64,000 nucleotides of DNA from a virus (lineage: Duplodnaviria > Caudoviricetes): positions 1 to 64,000 of the IMG/VR virus record IMGVR_UViG_3300014969_000017; one strand, written 5' to 3'. A program made the translations under genes and the position numbers. Below, in pieces: positions 48,770-58,173 of the stretch (the stretch's first letter is position 1; each line of letters begins with the position of its first letter). Under the pieces are notes generated by a model. The model had not been told where the DNA came from and made no database searches. It was given only the letters and a program-made list of their open reading frames with translations.

Positions 48770-49591
48770 TTACATGCACCAGTTCGCGACCGCCACCGGC
48801 TGGTTCGCGATGGGGAGCAGCGTCCGGGTCTGCGCCTCGATCTGGACTTGCTTGAGCGACAGCCCGTGCTTGAACGTGTGCCCGATCTTCTCCTCGACGC
48901 GCACGTACTCCGCGAGCAGTTCGGGGTTGTGGATCCCGGCGAGCACCAGCGCCTCCTTCGGCGCGAAGATGCAGAACGCGCACGAGAGGCGCGGCATCCC
49001 GAGGTCATACGCTTCGTGATGGCGGACGCCCGACGCCTTGATGCGTGCCCAGACTTCCGTCTCCGTCCAGTCGTGAATCGGGAGCCACGTGTCCACGTGG
49101 CGCTTGCTGTTCGACGCCAGCTTGTCGAACGCGAAGGGCACCTTGTGCGCACGCGCCGACGACTCCTGCGCACGCAGCCCGAGGCAGTTCAGGATGCGCA
49201 CCGGGCGCGAGAGGCCCAGTTCCTTCACCAGCTTGGTCAGGAGCTTGTAGACCTGCGCACGCTTGTGGTCCGAGGTGCAGAACCGCGCCTTGTTCGACGG
49301 CCACTTGCCGCGCTCGAACTCGACTTGCGCGAGGAGGTCGCCCTTCGCACGCGTCACGACTTCAAAGCGAGCACCGTAGTGCGCGGCCTGTTCAGCGGCG
49401 AGCGCCTTGACGCCCTGCCACTCGACGCGCCCGAGGTCGCAGTGGACGACCACGAGGGGCTTCACCACGCCTGCGGCGGTCGCCTGTTCGGCCACGCGGT
49501 CGAGCATCGCCTGTGAGTCTTTGCCACCCGAGGAGTTCACGAGAATGATGTCGTAGCTCGCGAGGTCTGGGGTCGTCGTCACCGTCGTCAC
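48770..49591 (-). CDS. PAPS-reductase family (PP-loop) protein
   Basis: SSGGKDS...RFCTSDHK...GLRAQES..R...PIHDWT...YDLGMPRLSCAFC. Confidence 0.88.
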   Translation of the reverse strand: MTTVTTTPDLASYDIILVNSSGGKDSQAMLDRVAEQATAAGVVKPLVVVHCDLGRVEWQGVKALAAEQAAHYGARFEVVTRAKGDLLAQVEFERGKWPSNKARFCTSDHKRAQVYKLLTKLVKELGLSRPVRILNCLGLRAQESSARAHKVPFAFDKLASNSKRHVDTWLPIHDWTETEVWARIKASGVRHHEAYDLGMPRLSCAFCIFAPKEALVLAGIHNPELLAEYVRVEEKIGHTFKHGLSLKQVQIEAQTRTLLPIANQPVAVANWCM

Positions 49592-49749
49592 CGTCGTCGT
49601 CTCCACCGCGTTGGCGGCGGGGGTCCATCCCCCGCCCCCGGCTGTGCCGGGCGGTCGCTGTGCCGCCCGTTCCGTTGGCTGGTCCGCTCAGGTCCAGCCG
49701 CCTCGCTCCCGGTGGCTTGCCGCCACCCGCGCCGTCGTCGTTCATAGAG

Positions 49750-49777
49750 TTAGACGGCGTTCACGGGAAAAGGTTCC
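49750..49777 (-). promoter_or_regulatory. Leftward promoter GGAAC-N16-CGTCTAA
   Basis: Divergent from the copy at 49846. Confidence 0.55.
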
Positions 49778-49845
49778 CTCAATGGTAATTTATTTGTTCC
49801 CAGAGCGAGGCTAGAACACCTTTAGAATCAACAGGTTACAGGCAT

Positions 49846-49874
49846 GGAACATTGGCAGTGTCATTCGCGTCTAA
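49846..49874 (+). promoter_or_regulatory. Rightward promoter GGAAC-N17-CGTCTAA
   Basis: ATG of 49881 lies 6 nt downstream with no RBS (leaderless). Confidence 0.62.
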
Positions 49875-49880
49875 CCAAGC

Positions 49881-50099
49881 ATGGCGAGCACGACGACGAA
49901 GACGGCAACGCACCCCTACGTGGTCGAGGTGTTCCAGCACGGCGACTACCGCAAGAGCCGGAAATTCCGCACGCGCGAGGCGGCGGTCGCCTTCGCGAAC
50001 GACTGGAGCGACCGGCACTACGACGAGGGCGGCTGGCAGTGCCAGCTTGTTCACGCGGGAGTGCTCCACCAGTTCGGCGTCAACGGCAACGACCGCTGA
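49881..50099 (+). CDS. Small early protein
   Basis: 72 aa directly after a promoter copy. Confidence 0.6.
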   Translation: MASTTTKTATHPYVVEVFQHGDYRKSRKFRTREAAVAFANDWSDRHYDEGGWQCQLVHAGVLHQFGVNGNDR

Positions 50100-50104
50100 C
50101 GCGT

Positions 50105-50133
50105 GGAACATTGGCACTAGCATTCGCGTCCAA
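50105..50133 (+). promoter_or_regulatory. Promoter copy GGAAC-N17-CGTCCAA
   Basis: GGAACATTGGCACTAGCATTCGCGTCCAA. Confidence 0.55.
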
Positions 50134-50174
50134 GGTAGTGTAAGATCGGTGTGACGGTGACGACGGAGACGACG

Positions 50175-50456
50175 ATGACGCACGAGCAGGAAGACCGCGA
50201 CTACGAGATCAGCGCACGCTACGACTACCGGCAGGAGACGTTCGGCTCCTACTGCCAACTCCACCGCGTCCACTACGGGGCCGACTGCCCGGTGTGCGAG
50301 GACGCCATCGCGGAGGTCCAGTGGGCGCAGGACGTGACGGAGCCGGGAGAGGCACGCGTCAGCCGCACGGCCCGTCGCGAGGTCATGCTGACGCTGCGAC
50401 AGAACGGCTGGAAGGTCGTGTGCCGGGGGACCACGGTGGCGTGGACCCGGCGGTAA
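50175..50456 (+). CDS. Small Cys/His-containing early protein
   Basis: GGAGACGACG RBS; CQLH...CPVC. Confidence 0.55.
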   Translation: MTHEQEDRDYEISARYDYRQETFGSYCQLHRVHYGADCPVCEDAIAEVQWAQDVTEPGEARVSRTARREVMLTLRQNGWKVVCRGTTVAWTRR

Positions 50457-50517
50457 CAAGCTGGCAACCGAGGGCCGTCATCAGACGGTCCTCACTTCAA
50501 CGGAGACGACGACGACG

Positions 50518-50934
50518 ATGGCGACACCTGACCCGATTCCCGAACAGTACCTCCCGCGCGATGCGTTCAGCACCGCCCTGCGCGACCTGACCCGCAACCC
50601 CGGCGCGGTGCGCTCGTCCAGCAAGGTGGACCTGACGGACCTCTACGGCAACTCCGAGACGTGGGTCGTGGACACGTTCCGCCACGAGGGCGACGAGACG
50701 GTCCTGCTCCAGCGCATCGACGCCGCTGGCGGTATCCGCCTCGTGCTGCCCCCGGCCGTGACCGCCGCCATCTCGCGCCAGCGTGACCGCGCGACGACGG
50801 TGAACCGCAAGCGTGGGGCGCAGCAGGCCGTCGCGACCCGCATCGCACGCGGCGATGTCCTCGGCAACCCGGACGCCCTGCGCAAGGCACGCAAGTCGCC
50901 ACGCAAGGCCAAGCGCCGCTCGCGGAAGGGCTGA
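50518..50934 (+). CDS. Hypothetical protein with basic C-terminus
   Basis: GGAGACGACG RBS; 138 aa. Confidence 0.6.
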   Translation: MATPDPIPEQYLPRDAFSTALRDLTRNPGAVRSSSKVDLTDLYGNSETWVVDTFRHEGDETVLLQRIDAAGGIRLVLPPAVTAAISRQRDRATTVNRKRGAQQAVATRIARGDVLGNPDALRKARKSPRKAKRRSRKG

Positions 50935-51455
50935 TGCGTCACAATGGGCCGGTGCAGCACGTGGGCTTCACCGGCCCCTCGTCCGGCATGACCGCCTCGC
51001 AGGCGGTCCGCGTCACGCAGGCGCTGACCGCCCTGCGGGGCGCTGGCGCGTCCACCGCCAACCACGGGATGTGCATCGGGGCCGACGAAGCGTTCCACGC
51101 ACTGGCCCGGTCCCTCGGCTTCCGGCTGGTCGGCTGGCCCGGCGTGACCAACACCGGCACCGTCTACCGTCGCGCGACCGTCACGTGCGACGAGGTCATG
51201 CCGGTCAAGTTCTTCCTCGACCGCAACCGCGACATCGTCCACGCGTCGAGCGTCCTGCTCACCACCCCCGACGGCGCTCGCGAGCGCGTGCGCTCCGGAA
51301 CGTGGGCCACCATCCGCTACGCCCGGCGCTGCAAGCTGCCGCTCGTCCTCATCGACCCGGCCGGGCGCTCGCGCGTCGAACACGTGCCGGGCATCGAGAC
51401 ACTCGACGCTTACTGCGCCTACCTTGGGAACATTGACACTGTCATCAGCGTCTAA
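50934..51455 (+). CDS. SLOG-superfamily protein (YspA/DprA-like)
   Basis: GFTG...HGMCIGAD...LDRNRDIV...SGTWATIRYARR. Confidence 0.75.
   Translation: MRHNGPVQHVGFTGPSSGMTASQAVRVTQALTALRGAGASTANHGMCIGADEAFHALARSLGFRLVGWPGVTNTGTVYRRATVTCDEVMPVKFFLDRNRDIVHASSVLLTTPDGARERVRSGTWATIRYARRCKLPLVLIDPAGRSRVEHVPGIETLDAYCAYLGNIDTVISV
51427..51455 (+). promoter_or_regulatory. Promoter copy GGAAC-N17-CGTCTAA
   Basis: ATG of 51462 lies 6 nt downstream. Confidence 0.6.
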
Positions 51456-51461
51456 CCGGAC

Positions 51462-51683
51462 ATGGCAACGAACGACACGCAACTGGCTGGCTGGCGCTAC
51501 GCGGGAACCTTCTGCACGAAGTGCGAGGGCGAGGTGAGCGCGGAGGAACTGGTCGTCGTCAACGAGGATGGCGACTACGACGGGGAGGGCTTTCGCGACC
51601 TGACCACGGTGGCGCACGTCGAGTGCCCACCGGACGACGAGGACGCCGAACTGAACGACGAAGGCGGGACGGGAGCGCACTAA
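51462..51683 (+). CDS. Small acidic zinc-finger-like protein
   Basis: CTKC...HVEC. Confidence 0.55.
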   Translation: MATNDTQLAGWRYAGTFCTKCEGEVSAEELVVVNEDGDYDGEGFRDLTTVAHVECPPDDEDAELNDEGGTGAH

Positions 51684-51703
51684 CCCCCGCCCCGACTTCG
51701 GTC

Positions 51704-52378
51704 TTACTTCTTGACTTCGACCGGCTTGCCCTGCGCGGCCGGAGCCGCCGGGGGCTTGCTGCTGCCCAGCATCGCGCCGCTGGCAACCGTGCCCGTGCCC
51801 TCGTGCGAGGTCTGACCGCCCTGCGCGGCCTGTGTGCCGCCACCCTCCGCCGCCGTGAACGTGAAGTCCATCGGCTCGGTGATCTGGTCGTCCGGATTGC
51901 GCACGAGCACCGGTAACGTCACCGCGTTCTGGGCCGTCGCCATGTTCACGCCCGTCGTCAGTTCCGTCTCGCTCACCCGTGTCGTTGGCTCGTCGCCGCC
52001 GTTCCACACGATGACCGCACCCTCGGCAAAGCCGGTGCCCATCACGTGAATATCGAAGTCCGGCTGGCCCAGCGCCACCGTGTTCGGAGACAGCGAAGTC
52101 AGCGTCGGCGCAGGCAGATCGACCGGCGGCAGATCGCCGCGCTCGGGGGCGGGTCGCTGCTGGAGGCGCTTGCCCGTCAGCACCTCGACGCGGTTCTGCT
52201 CGTCGCCGTCGAGGAGCTTGCGTCCGCTGTCAATCGCACGCTGCTCACGGTACGCCGTCGCGCGTGGCGACTCGGCCTTCGGCTTCACGGGACCACCCGC
52301 GCCGACATCCACCATCCCGAAGTAGGGATCGGGCTTCAGATCCAAGCCCGTTTCACCGGGCAACAAGTCCAATGTCAT
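51704..52378 (-). CDS. IPT/TIG (Ig-like) domain protein
   Basis: PTLTSLSPN...GTGFAEGAVIVWNG...TTRVSETELT...VLVRNPD; GGAGG RBS. Confidence 0.75.
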   Translation of the reverse strand: MTLDLLPGETGLDLKPDPYFGMVDVGAGGPVKPKAESPRATAYREQRAIDSGRKLLDGDEQNRVEVLTGKRLQQRPAPERGDLPPVDLPAPTLTSLSPNTVALGQPDFDIHVMGTGFAEGAVIVWNGGDEPTTRVSETELTTGVNMATAQNAVTLPVLVRNPDDQITEPMDFTFTAAEGGGTQAAQGGQTSHEGTGTVASGAMLGSSKPPAAPAAQGKPVEVKK

Positions 52379-53095
52379 ATCGCCTCCTTCAAGGCAGATG
52401 TCCGCAAAGGGTCGTACGATAACACCCCGACGGACGGAGGTCAGCAGGGATTCACGGGGTTCGGATCCTGCGGGGACGGCTCCGGCTCCGACTCAACCTC
52501 CACCGGGATGGACGCCTTCGGGTCCGTCAGGTTCACGTCGCACACCGCCCGGAAGGGCACCGGGATGCCCTCGTCCGGGCCGTGCTTCACCTGTTGCAAC
52601 TGCGCCACGGTCACGCTGGGAATCTTCGCCATCAGGCTCGACGCTGCATCAACGGTTCCACGTGACTGGCCGACACGACACACTCGCACCGCCCGGCCAG
52701 ATGCTGCGCCGCCCAGACCCAGCGGCCGACGAGGTGCCAGTACTGGCGCTCGACGGCGGCGGCACGGCCGGGGACGGGTTCGACAATCCATGAGGCGTGA
52801 CGAGGCAGACCCGCCTCGGGGAGATCGGCAATCAGCCGTTCACCGGGCAGGAGGCAGGGCCGGTCGGGCGGGACATACAGGCGCAGATCCCCCGCTCGCG
52901 GCAAGCGGCGCACGAGTCGCACGAATCGCCGGATCATGGTCGTGCTCCATCGTCTCCAGTCACACCAAGCAGTGAGGTTGCAAATGCGCCACCACCGTGG
53001 TGGCCTCCCAGTGCATGGCTAGTATAAATGCACCATGCGACCGCGCTGTAGCAGAAAGCACAGCCCGTGTCCAGCCGTTGGAATTGTGACGGAAT

Positions 53096-53317
53096 TTACA
53101 CGCGTCCCTCGCGCTCGGCCTTCTTCACGCGGCGAATCGCCTGACTCACCTTCGATTCTTTCGCGCCCGTCTCCGCGAACGCGAACGCCGCCGCACTAGC
53201 TTGGCGCTGGGCGGGACCGCCGCACGTGGGACAGGGACGCGTCGTGTCGGACTGGCGTGTGAGGTCGATCACCTCATGCCGATGACCGGCGAGGCAGAGG
53301 TATTCCCAAATAGGCAT
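53096..53317 (-). CDS. FmdB-family zinc-ribbon protein
   Basis: MPIWEYLC..GH..E...CPTCGG...RQAS. Confidence 0.75.
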   Translation of the reverse strand: MPIWEYLCLAGHRHEVIDLTRQSDTTRPCPTCGGPAQRQASAAAFAFAETGAKESKVSQAIRRVKKAEREGRV

Positions 53318-53318
53318 C

Positions 53319-53423
53319 TCAGGTTGTCCACGGAGCCATGACCCAGAGGACCGTCCAGATCACGAGGAGGAGGAACGCCGCTGCGGCGCACAGGAGCCAG
53401 AGTTCCGACTGGCGCTGCGTCAC
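53319..53423 (-). CDS. 34-aa single-TM peptide
   Basis: GTG start; MTQRQSELWLLCAAAAFLLLVIWTVLWVMAPWTT; GTGA coupling. Confidence 0.45.
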   Translation of the reverse strand: MTQRQSELWLLCAAAAFLLLVIWTVLWVMAPWTT

Positions 53424-53524
53424 GCGAACTGAAAGAGCAGCCAGACAAGGAAGCCGGTGGCGAACATGGAGAGGCCGAGGATAACAAAGAATCCCAGCCA
53501 GTGCTCCGCGCGAGGGTCACGCAT
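53420..53524 (-). CDS. 34-aa single-TM peptide
   Basis: MRDPRAEHWLGFFVILGLSMFATGFLVWLLFQFA. Confidence 0.45.
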   Translation of the reverse strand: MRDPRAEHWLGFFVILGLSMFATGFLVWLLFQFA

Positions 53525-53885
53525 CGTCAGGATCGTCATCGTCCTCGAATAACGCGAACAGGCTCCCCACCGGCGGCGGCGCGTGCAGCATGGCCTCGCG
53601 GACTTGGTCCTTCACCGCTCGCGTCTCGGGCATCCGGGCGCAGACGTAATTGACCTTCAAGGGGCACGAGACATTGAACGTCCAGATTTTGCGCTTCGTG
53701 AACCGCACCGCATGGATCGGGGCGTGACAATGCGCACACTCAACCACGATGTCGAACACCGCCGGAGGAGCCGTCTTGTGGACCTCGGTGCGATGCTCCG
53801 GGTTCGGCCCGTTGACGGTGCCGGTCTTGTCCAGATACAGGTAGCTGAGAAGCGTCGGCCACAGTGGGTGCTCAAAGATCGTCAT
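53517..53885 (-). CDS. Cys-containing hypothetical protein
   Basis: CAHC...CPLK..YVC; coupled to neighbours. Confidence 0.5.
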   Translation of the reverse strand: MTIFEHPLWPTLLSYLYLDKTGTVNGPNPEHRTEVHKTAPPAVFDIVVECAHCHAPIHAVRFTKRKIWTFNVSCPLKVNYVCARMPETRAVKDQVREAMLHAPPPVGSLFALFEDDDDPDDA

Positions 53886-54813
53886 CGACAGGTTCGTCCA
53901 TCACCGAGTTGTGCGCCACAGCGCGAGCAGAAGGTGCCGTTCATGTACCACTGCCACTGGTGCTCCCGCGCGACGACGAGCGGGATGCCCCACCGCTTCT
54001 GTCCACAGTCGCACGGTGTGCCGACATCGGGTTTGTAGTCCTCACCGTACTCATGGGTCCACGTGTGCCCAGTCGCACACGGCGCGTCGTCAGGCACTTA
54101 CTCCCCGACCACCACGCGACGTAGCGCCGCGATCACCGCCTCCCTCGTCGGGCACCACTCGGTCAACTGCGTGCCGACCCCCGCCACGCGCACGAACAGC
54201 GCCCACTGGCCCTCGGCATTGCTCTCGATCATCCACTGCACCAACTGTGACTCGGGAACGGGCATCACTGGCTCCTCTCAGAACGGCTTGTAGGACTTCC
54301 CGACGGCATCCACCGGGTGTTGCGTGCGCAGGCGCAGGCCGGTGATCTCGCGACGGGCCTCGGCCAGTTCCTTGCGCAACTCGGCCACATCTTCCTCAGC
54401 CTTCGCGAGCGCGGCTTCCAAGCGATCTACGCGCCGCTTCAGTACGTCTGCGTCGGCCATGTCAATCTCCCCTTCGGGCTACGGCTGGCGCGTGACCGGA
54501 TGCAACCCGCACGCGCGACCAGTCGGACACCGCCCCTCTGCGCCCACCGGGGCTTGTGGCGGGGCATCTCGTCAGGACGGGACATCGGCATCTGGCCCAT
54601 CGAACGCGACGGCGTCGAGTACGGGCTTCGCCAGCGCAGACTGCATCCGTCCTAGCGTCTCCGCCAGTTCCTCGACCGTGTCTCCGACCGGCGCAACCGG
54701 ATCGGTCGTGATCGAATGCGGCTTCTCGATGTCGCCGTCGTCAAACGCCTCATGAATCCCGAACGACACCTCACCCTCGTGTACCCGCCGCACGACCCGA
54801 TACGTCCACGCCA

Positions 54814-55518
54814 TCACAGCACCGCCGTGTTGAGCCACCACGCGATGAAAAACGTAATGCACCGCCCAGTTCCTCGCGGGTCGAGGATGCGTCCGACCAT
54901 GATCGGGTCGCCTGACCGATGCGTCACACTGCCGATCTCATCGAACACCCTGAGCGCCATCGCACGCTGGGTCGCGTCGAGCACCGCAGGTTTCACCAGC
55001 GTGAACGGGAAGTCCGGCTCGTCGTACGAGTCCGAGATGAGGAGCGTCTTGTGCTCCTTCTTGCCGTCCTTCTCGACGGTGTAGCTCTCGTCCCGGTGGA
55101 TCAACGTGTCGTCCACGTAGCGGCCTTCGCCAGCCGGAAGCAGTTGGGCCTTCGCGCCGAAGTGGCTGTACTTGTAGTCGCGCGTTTCGTGCGGCGGCTT
55201 CTCGCGCTGGACGCGGACGGCCAGCGTCGTCACCGGGAAGTTCGGCACCACGAGGTAGCCAGCCTCGACGGCGACCTTGATCTTTTCGTAGTACGTAATG
55301 CGCCTCGCGACCCGGTTCAGCGCCGAGTTCAGCCCGGCCAGCTTCCAGCCGTTCGCCGTGGCGATCAGGAGATGCTCCTCCAAGTCCGTCTGCTCGCGTT
55401 GGAGGGCGGCGACCTTCTCGACACACCAACCGCCGAGGGCGGCTTGCGTCGGGGCGAGGTCGGCCGGGGAGAGGGCCACAAGGGCCAGATCGTCAGGAAC
55501 CGCAGTCGTCGCCATCAT
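54814..55518 (-). CDS. Hypothetical protein
   Basis: 234 aa, AAGGAGG RBS. Confidence 0.65.
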   Translation of the reverse strand: MMATTAVPDDLALVALSPADLAPTQAALGGWCVEKVAALQREQTDLEEHLLIATANGWKLAGLNSALNRVARRITYYEKIKVAVEAGYLVVPNFPVTTLAVRVQREKPPHETRDYKYSHFGAKAQLLPAGEGRYVDDTLIHRDESYTVEKDGKKEHKTLLISDSYDEPDFPFTLVKPAVLDATQRAMALRVFDEIGSVTHRSGDPIMVGRILDPRGTGRCITFFIAWWLNTAVL

Positions 55519-55525
55519 CGCCTCC

Positions 55526-55954
55526 TTACGAATTCACCGGCATCTGGTCGAGCGGCAACGGCACCGGCAGTAACACGCCGTGTGCGTCACACGGACGACA
55601 CGCTTCGCGGAAGCGACTCTCGTCGTTCCACGTCTCCAGCCCTTCGCGGTGCCACCGGTTACTCTGCACGACGCGCGTCCAGACGACGCGATCCGTGGTC
55701 CCTCGGTCCTCCACGCGCATGACCTCGATGTGGCACCACGCGGTCGGCTTGTCCGGTTCCCAGATGAAGTGATCGCCCGGCGTGATCGGGCCGCTGTAGC
55801 CCTCCGGCGCGGCCGGGACGATCTTGATGGCCCGGATCGCCGTACCCCACCGCTCCCAGTCCTCCAGCGCGTGCTTCAGGTTGTCGGTGTCGTCCCAGAG
55901 GTCGTGGGCACGGAGCAGTTCTTCCACGCGAGCGAGGTGCGCATCGTCAGACAT
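55526..55954 (-). CDS. Hypothetical protein
   Basis: 142 aa, GGAGACGACG RBS. Confidence 0.6.
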   Translation of the reverse strand: MSDDAHLARVEELLRAHDLWDDTDNLKHALEDWERWGTAIRAIKIVPAAPEGYSGPITPGDHFIWEPDKPTAWCHIEVMRVEDRGTTDRVVWTRVVQSNRWHREGLETWNDESRFREACRPCDAHGVLLPVPLPLDQMPVNS

Positions 55955-56125
55955 CGTCGTCTCCAGTTGGTCAGGGCGGCTGTTGATTCAGCCCCAGTCG
56001 CGACTGCCGCATCCCCTGCCGGTTCAACGGACCCCGTCATCGCAAGAACATCAGCATGAGAATCCCGACACCGATCAGTGCGCCGAACAGGAAGCCAAGC
56101 ACGAGCCGCAGTGCATTCGGTCCGG

Positions 56126-56524
56126 TCATGCGATCAGCATCGTCGGCGGCACCGGGAAGTCCTTCTCGCGATGCCGCCACAGGTGGAGCACGAACGGATG
56201 ATGATTCACGTACACGCTCTGACGCGGATGGTACTGCACGACCGTGTCGTCCGCGCCCCAGAAGTGGTCCTTCACGAAGCACATTTCCTTCCACGTCGGG
56301 ACGCGCATTTTGCCCTGCGCGTTCCGGGCGTGAACGCTGACGTGCTCCCAGCCGCGTGCAGTCTCCGGCACGTCGGGCAGCGTGTTGGTCCCGTCGTCCG
56401 CGATGATCGCCAGCACCCAGCCCGGCACCGGCGACAGGAGCGCGAACGCGCCCCAGCCTGCGCCCGGCGGCGAACTCCACTCGCTGCCGTCCATGACCCG
56501 GCCCTCGTCAGGCGCTCGGAACAC
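56126..56524 (-). CDS. Conserved phage protein (WEHVSV...PTWKEMCFVKDHFW...LHLWR)
   Basis: Recognisable conserved phage motif; function unknown. Confidence 0.7.
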   Translation of the reverse strand: MFRAPDEGRVMDGSEWSSPPGAGWGAFALLSPVPGWVLAIIADDGTNTLPDVPETARGWEHVSVHARNAQGKMRVPTWKEMCFVKDHFWGADDTVVQYHPRQSVYVNHHPFVLHLWRHREKDFPVPPTMLIA

Positions 56525-57122
56525 GTCGCTTCAACTCGGCGTCGATAATGTCTTTCGTCCACGTGTCGCGCACGGCGATGGCATCATGCCGCATCGCGAC
56601 CAGCGCGAGGTCGGATAGCGTCTTCACGATCTCCGGAAAGTCCGGCCCACGACCCGGCGGACCCTTCTCACCCGGCGGTCCGGCGGGACAGCCCTGCGGT
56701 CCCTTACTCGACTCGTCGGGCATTTGCCACCCACAGCTTCGCCGTCTCCAGATACGTCGCCGCCACGTGCAGTGCTCGCACGTCCATCTGGACTTGCGCG
56801 TGTGACGGCAGTCCCTTCATCTGGTTGATCGTGTTCAGGCTCTCCTGCATTTGCGCGAGCAGGGCGTTGAATGCGTCGTCCATCGTCGTCTCCTCCTACT
56901 CCAACCCGTGAATGATCGTCTTGCGCCGCGTCTCGACGTACTCGTAGATCGCGACCTCGTCGTCCGCGTCTTTCCCCTCAATGTCGGTGTCGGCATCGAA
57001 GTACATCCCGCTGTCCTCACCCGCACGCGTGACATACAACCGGGCCGGGAATCGAGGCGTGGCTGGCCGCGCCTTCGCCTTCGATGCCCGGCGAACTCTG
57101 CGCTTCGCCATCGTCACCTCCG

Positions 57123-57854
57123 TTAGTCGTCTAAGTCGATTCGTCGTTGACCCGGCACCGCTGGCACGAGCGGCTCGGGCTTCTTGATGTGCGTCAGCTT
57201 GGCGCGGTACGTCGTGGGCGTGAGTTTCGAGACCACCTTGCCGAGTGCGTCCAGTCCGCCCAGTGCGGCCAGTCCGGGTCCGATTCCATCGATCCCAGAT
57301 GCCGCCTGCGCGGCGGCGATGCCGAGGTCCGAGAACGCCAGCCCAGCCTGCTCAAGCTGCGTGACGACGTGCGAGACATCGACCCCAATGACGCCGTCCA
57401 ACTTCCCGATAACGCCGCCGCCGACACCGCCTCCGGCGCTGTACCCACCGCCGTTGCCGCCGCCAACATACGTGCTGTTGCCGCCCCCGCCGCCGCCCCA
57501 CTCGTTGACGACACTGCCGCCGACCACATGACCTCCGCCTCCGCCTCCACCACCGCCGTACACGTAGTCCGCGTCGGCCGCGAACGCATGCTCGTGACCG
57601 CCCATGATCGGCTTCAGTCCCATCGCACTCTGCACGGTGTCCTCCACCCAGTCCAAGACGCGGCTGGCGATGGCGGCGGAACTTCGCGCGTCCCGGATGT
57701 CCTCGTCGGTGATACTGAGCCGCGCGTTCCGGCCGTCGCGATCTGTCAGCGAAAAGATCGTGCAGCACCGCGTCGGGTCTTCTATTGATTGCAGCGTCCA
57801 GCCCGGTGCGACATCCATCCGCGCCAACGCGTCCATCGCCTGTTTCGAGGTCAT
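57123..57854 (-). CDS. Gly-rich hypothetical protein ending RRIDLDD
   Basis: ATGA coupling with 57851-58150; poly-Gly tracts. Confidence 0.55.
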   Translation of the reverse strand: MTSKQAMDALARMDVAPGWTLQSIEDPTRCCTIFSLTDRDGRNARLSITDEDIRDARSSAAIASRVLDWVEDTVQSAMGLKPIMGGHEHAFAADADYVYGGGGGGGGGHVVGGSVVNEWGGGGGGNSTYVGGGNGGGYSAGGGVGGGVIGKLDGVIGVDVSHVVTQLEQAGLAFSDLGIAAAQAASGIDGIGPGLAALGGLDALGKVVSKLTPTTYRAKLTHIKKPEPLVPAVPGQRRIDLDD

Positions 57855-58150
57855 GACGGCTTGCCTCCCCGGCGCATCTCGGCCTCCAGCCGCTGAAAGA
57901 CGACCCACGCCGCCAGTTCGCGTCGTGTCTGCTCGGTGGGCATCATCATCTGCACTGGCTCTTGCTTGTCCTGCTGCGCTCGGATCCGCACGGCCGCGCA
58001 GGGCATGCACAGCCGGACGGCCTGCGGCGCGTGCGGCCGATACACGATGTCGGTCGCGCAATCGGCACACGCGGCGTGCAGATCATCGAGGAACACGCTC
58101 TGCGTGGCACAGACAAGGATAATCTCATCCTCCGGCTCGGCGCTCCTCAT
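57851..58150 (-). CDS. Cys-rich hypothetical protein
   Basis: CADC...CMPC; starts at the distal end of the array. Confidence 0.5.
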   Translation of the reverse strand: MRSAEPEDEIILVCATQSVFLDDLHAACADCATDIVYRPHAPQAVRLCMPCAAVRIRAQQDKQEPVQMMMPTEQTRRELAAWVVFQRLEAEMRRGGKPS

Positions 58151-58173
58151 CTCTCGGTCCACTGCTCTACCTC

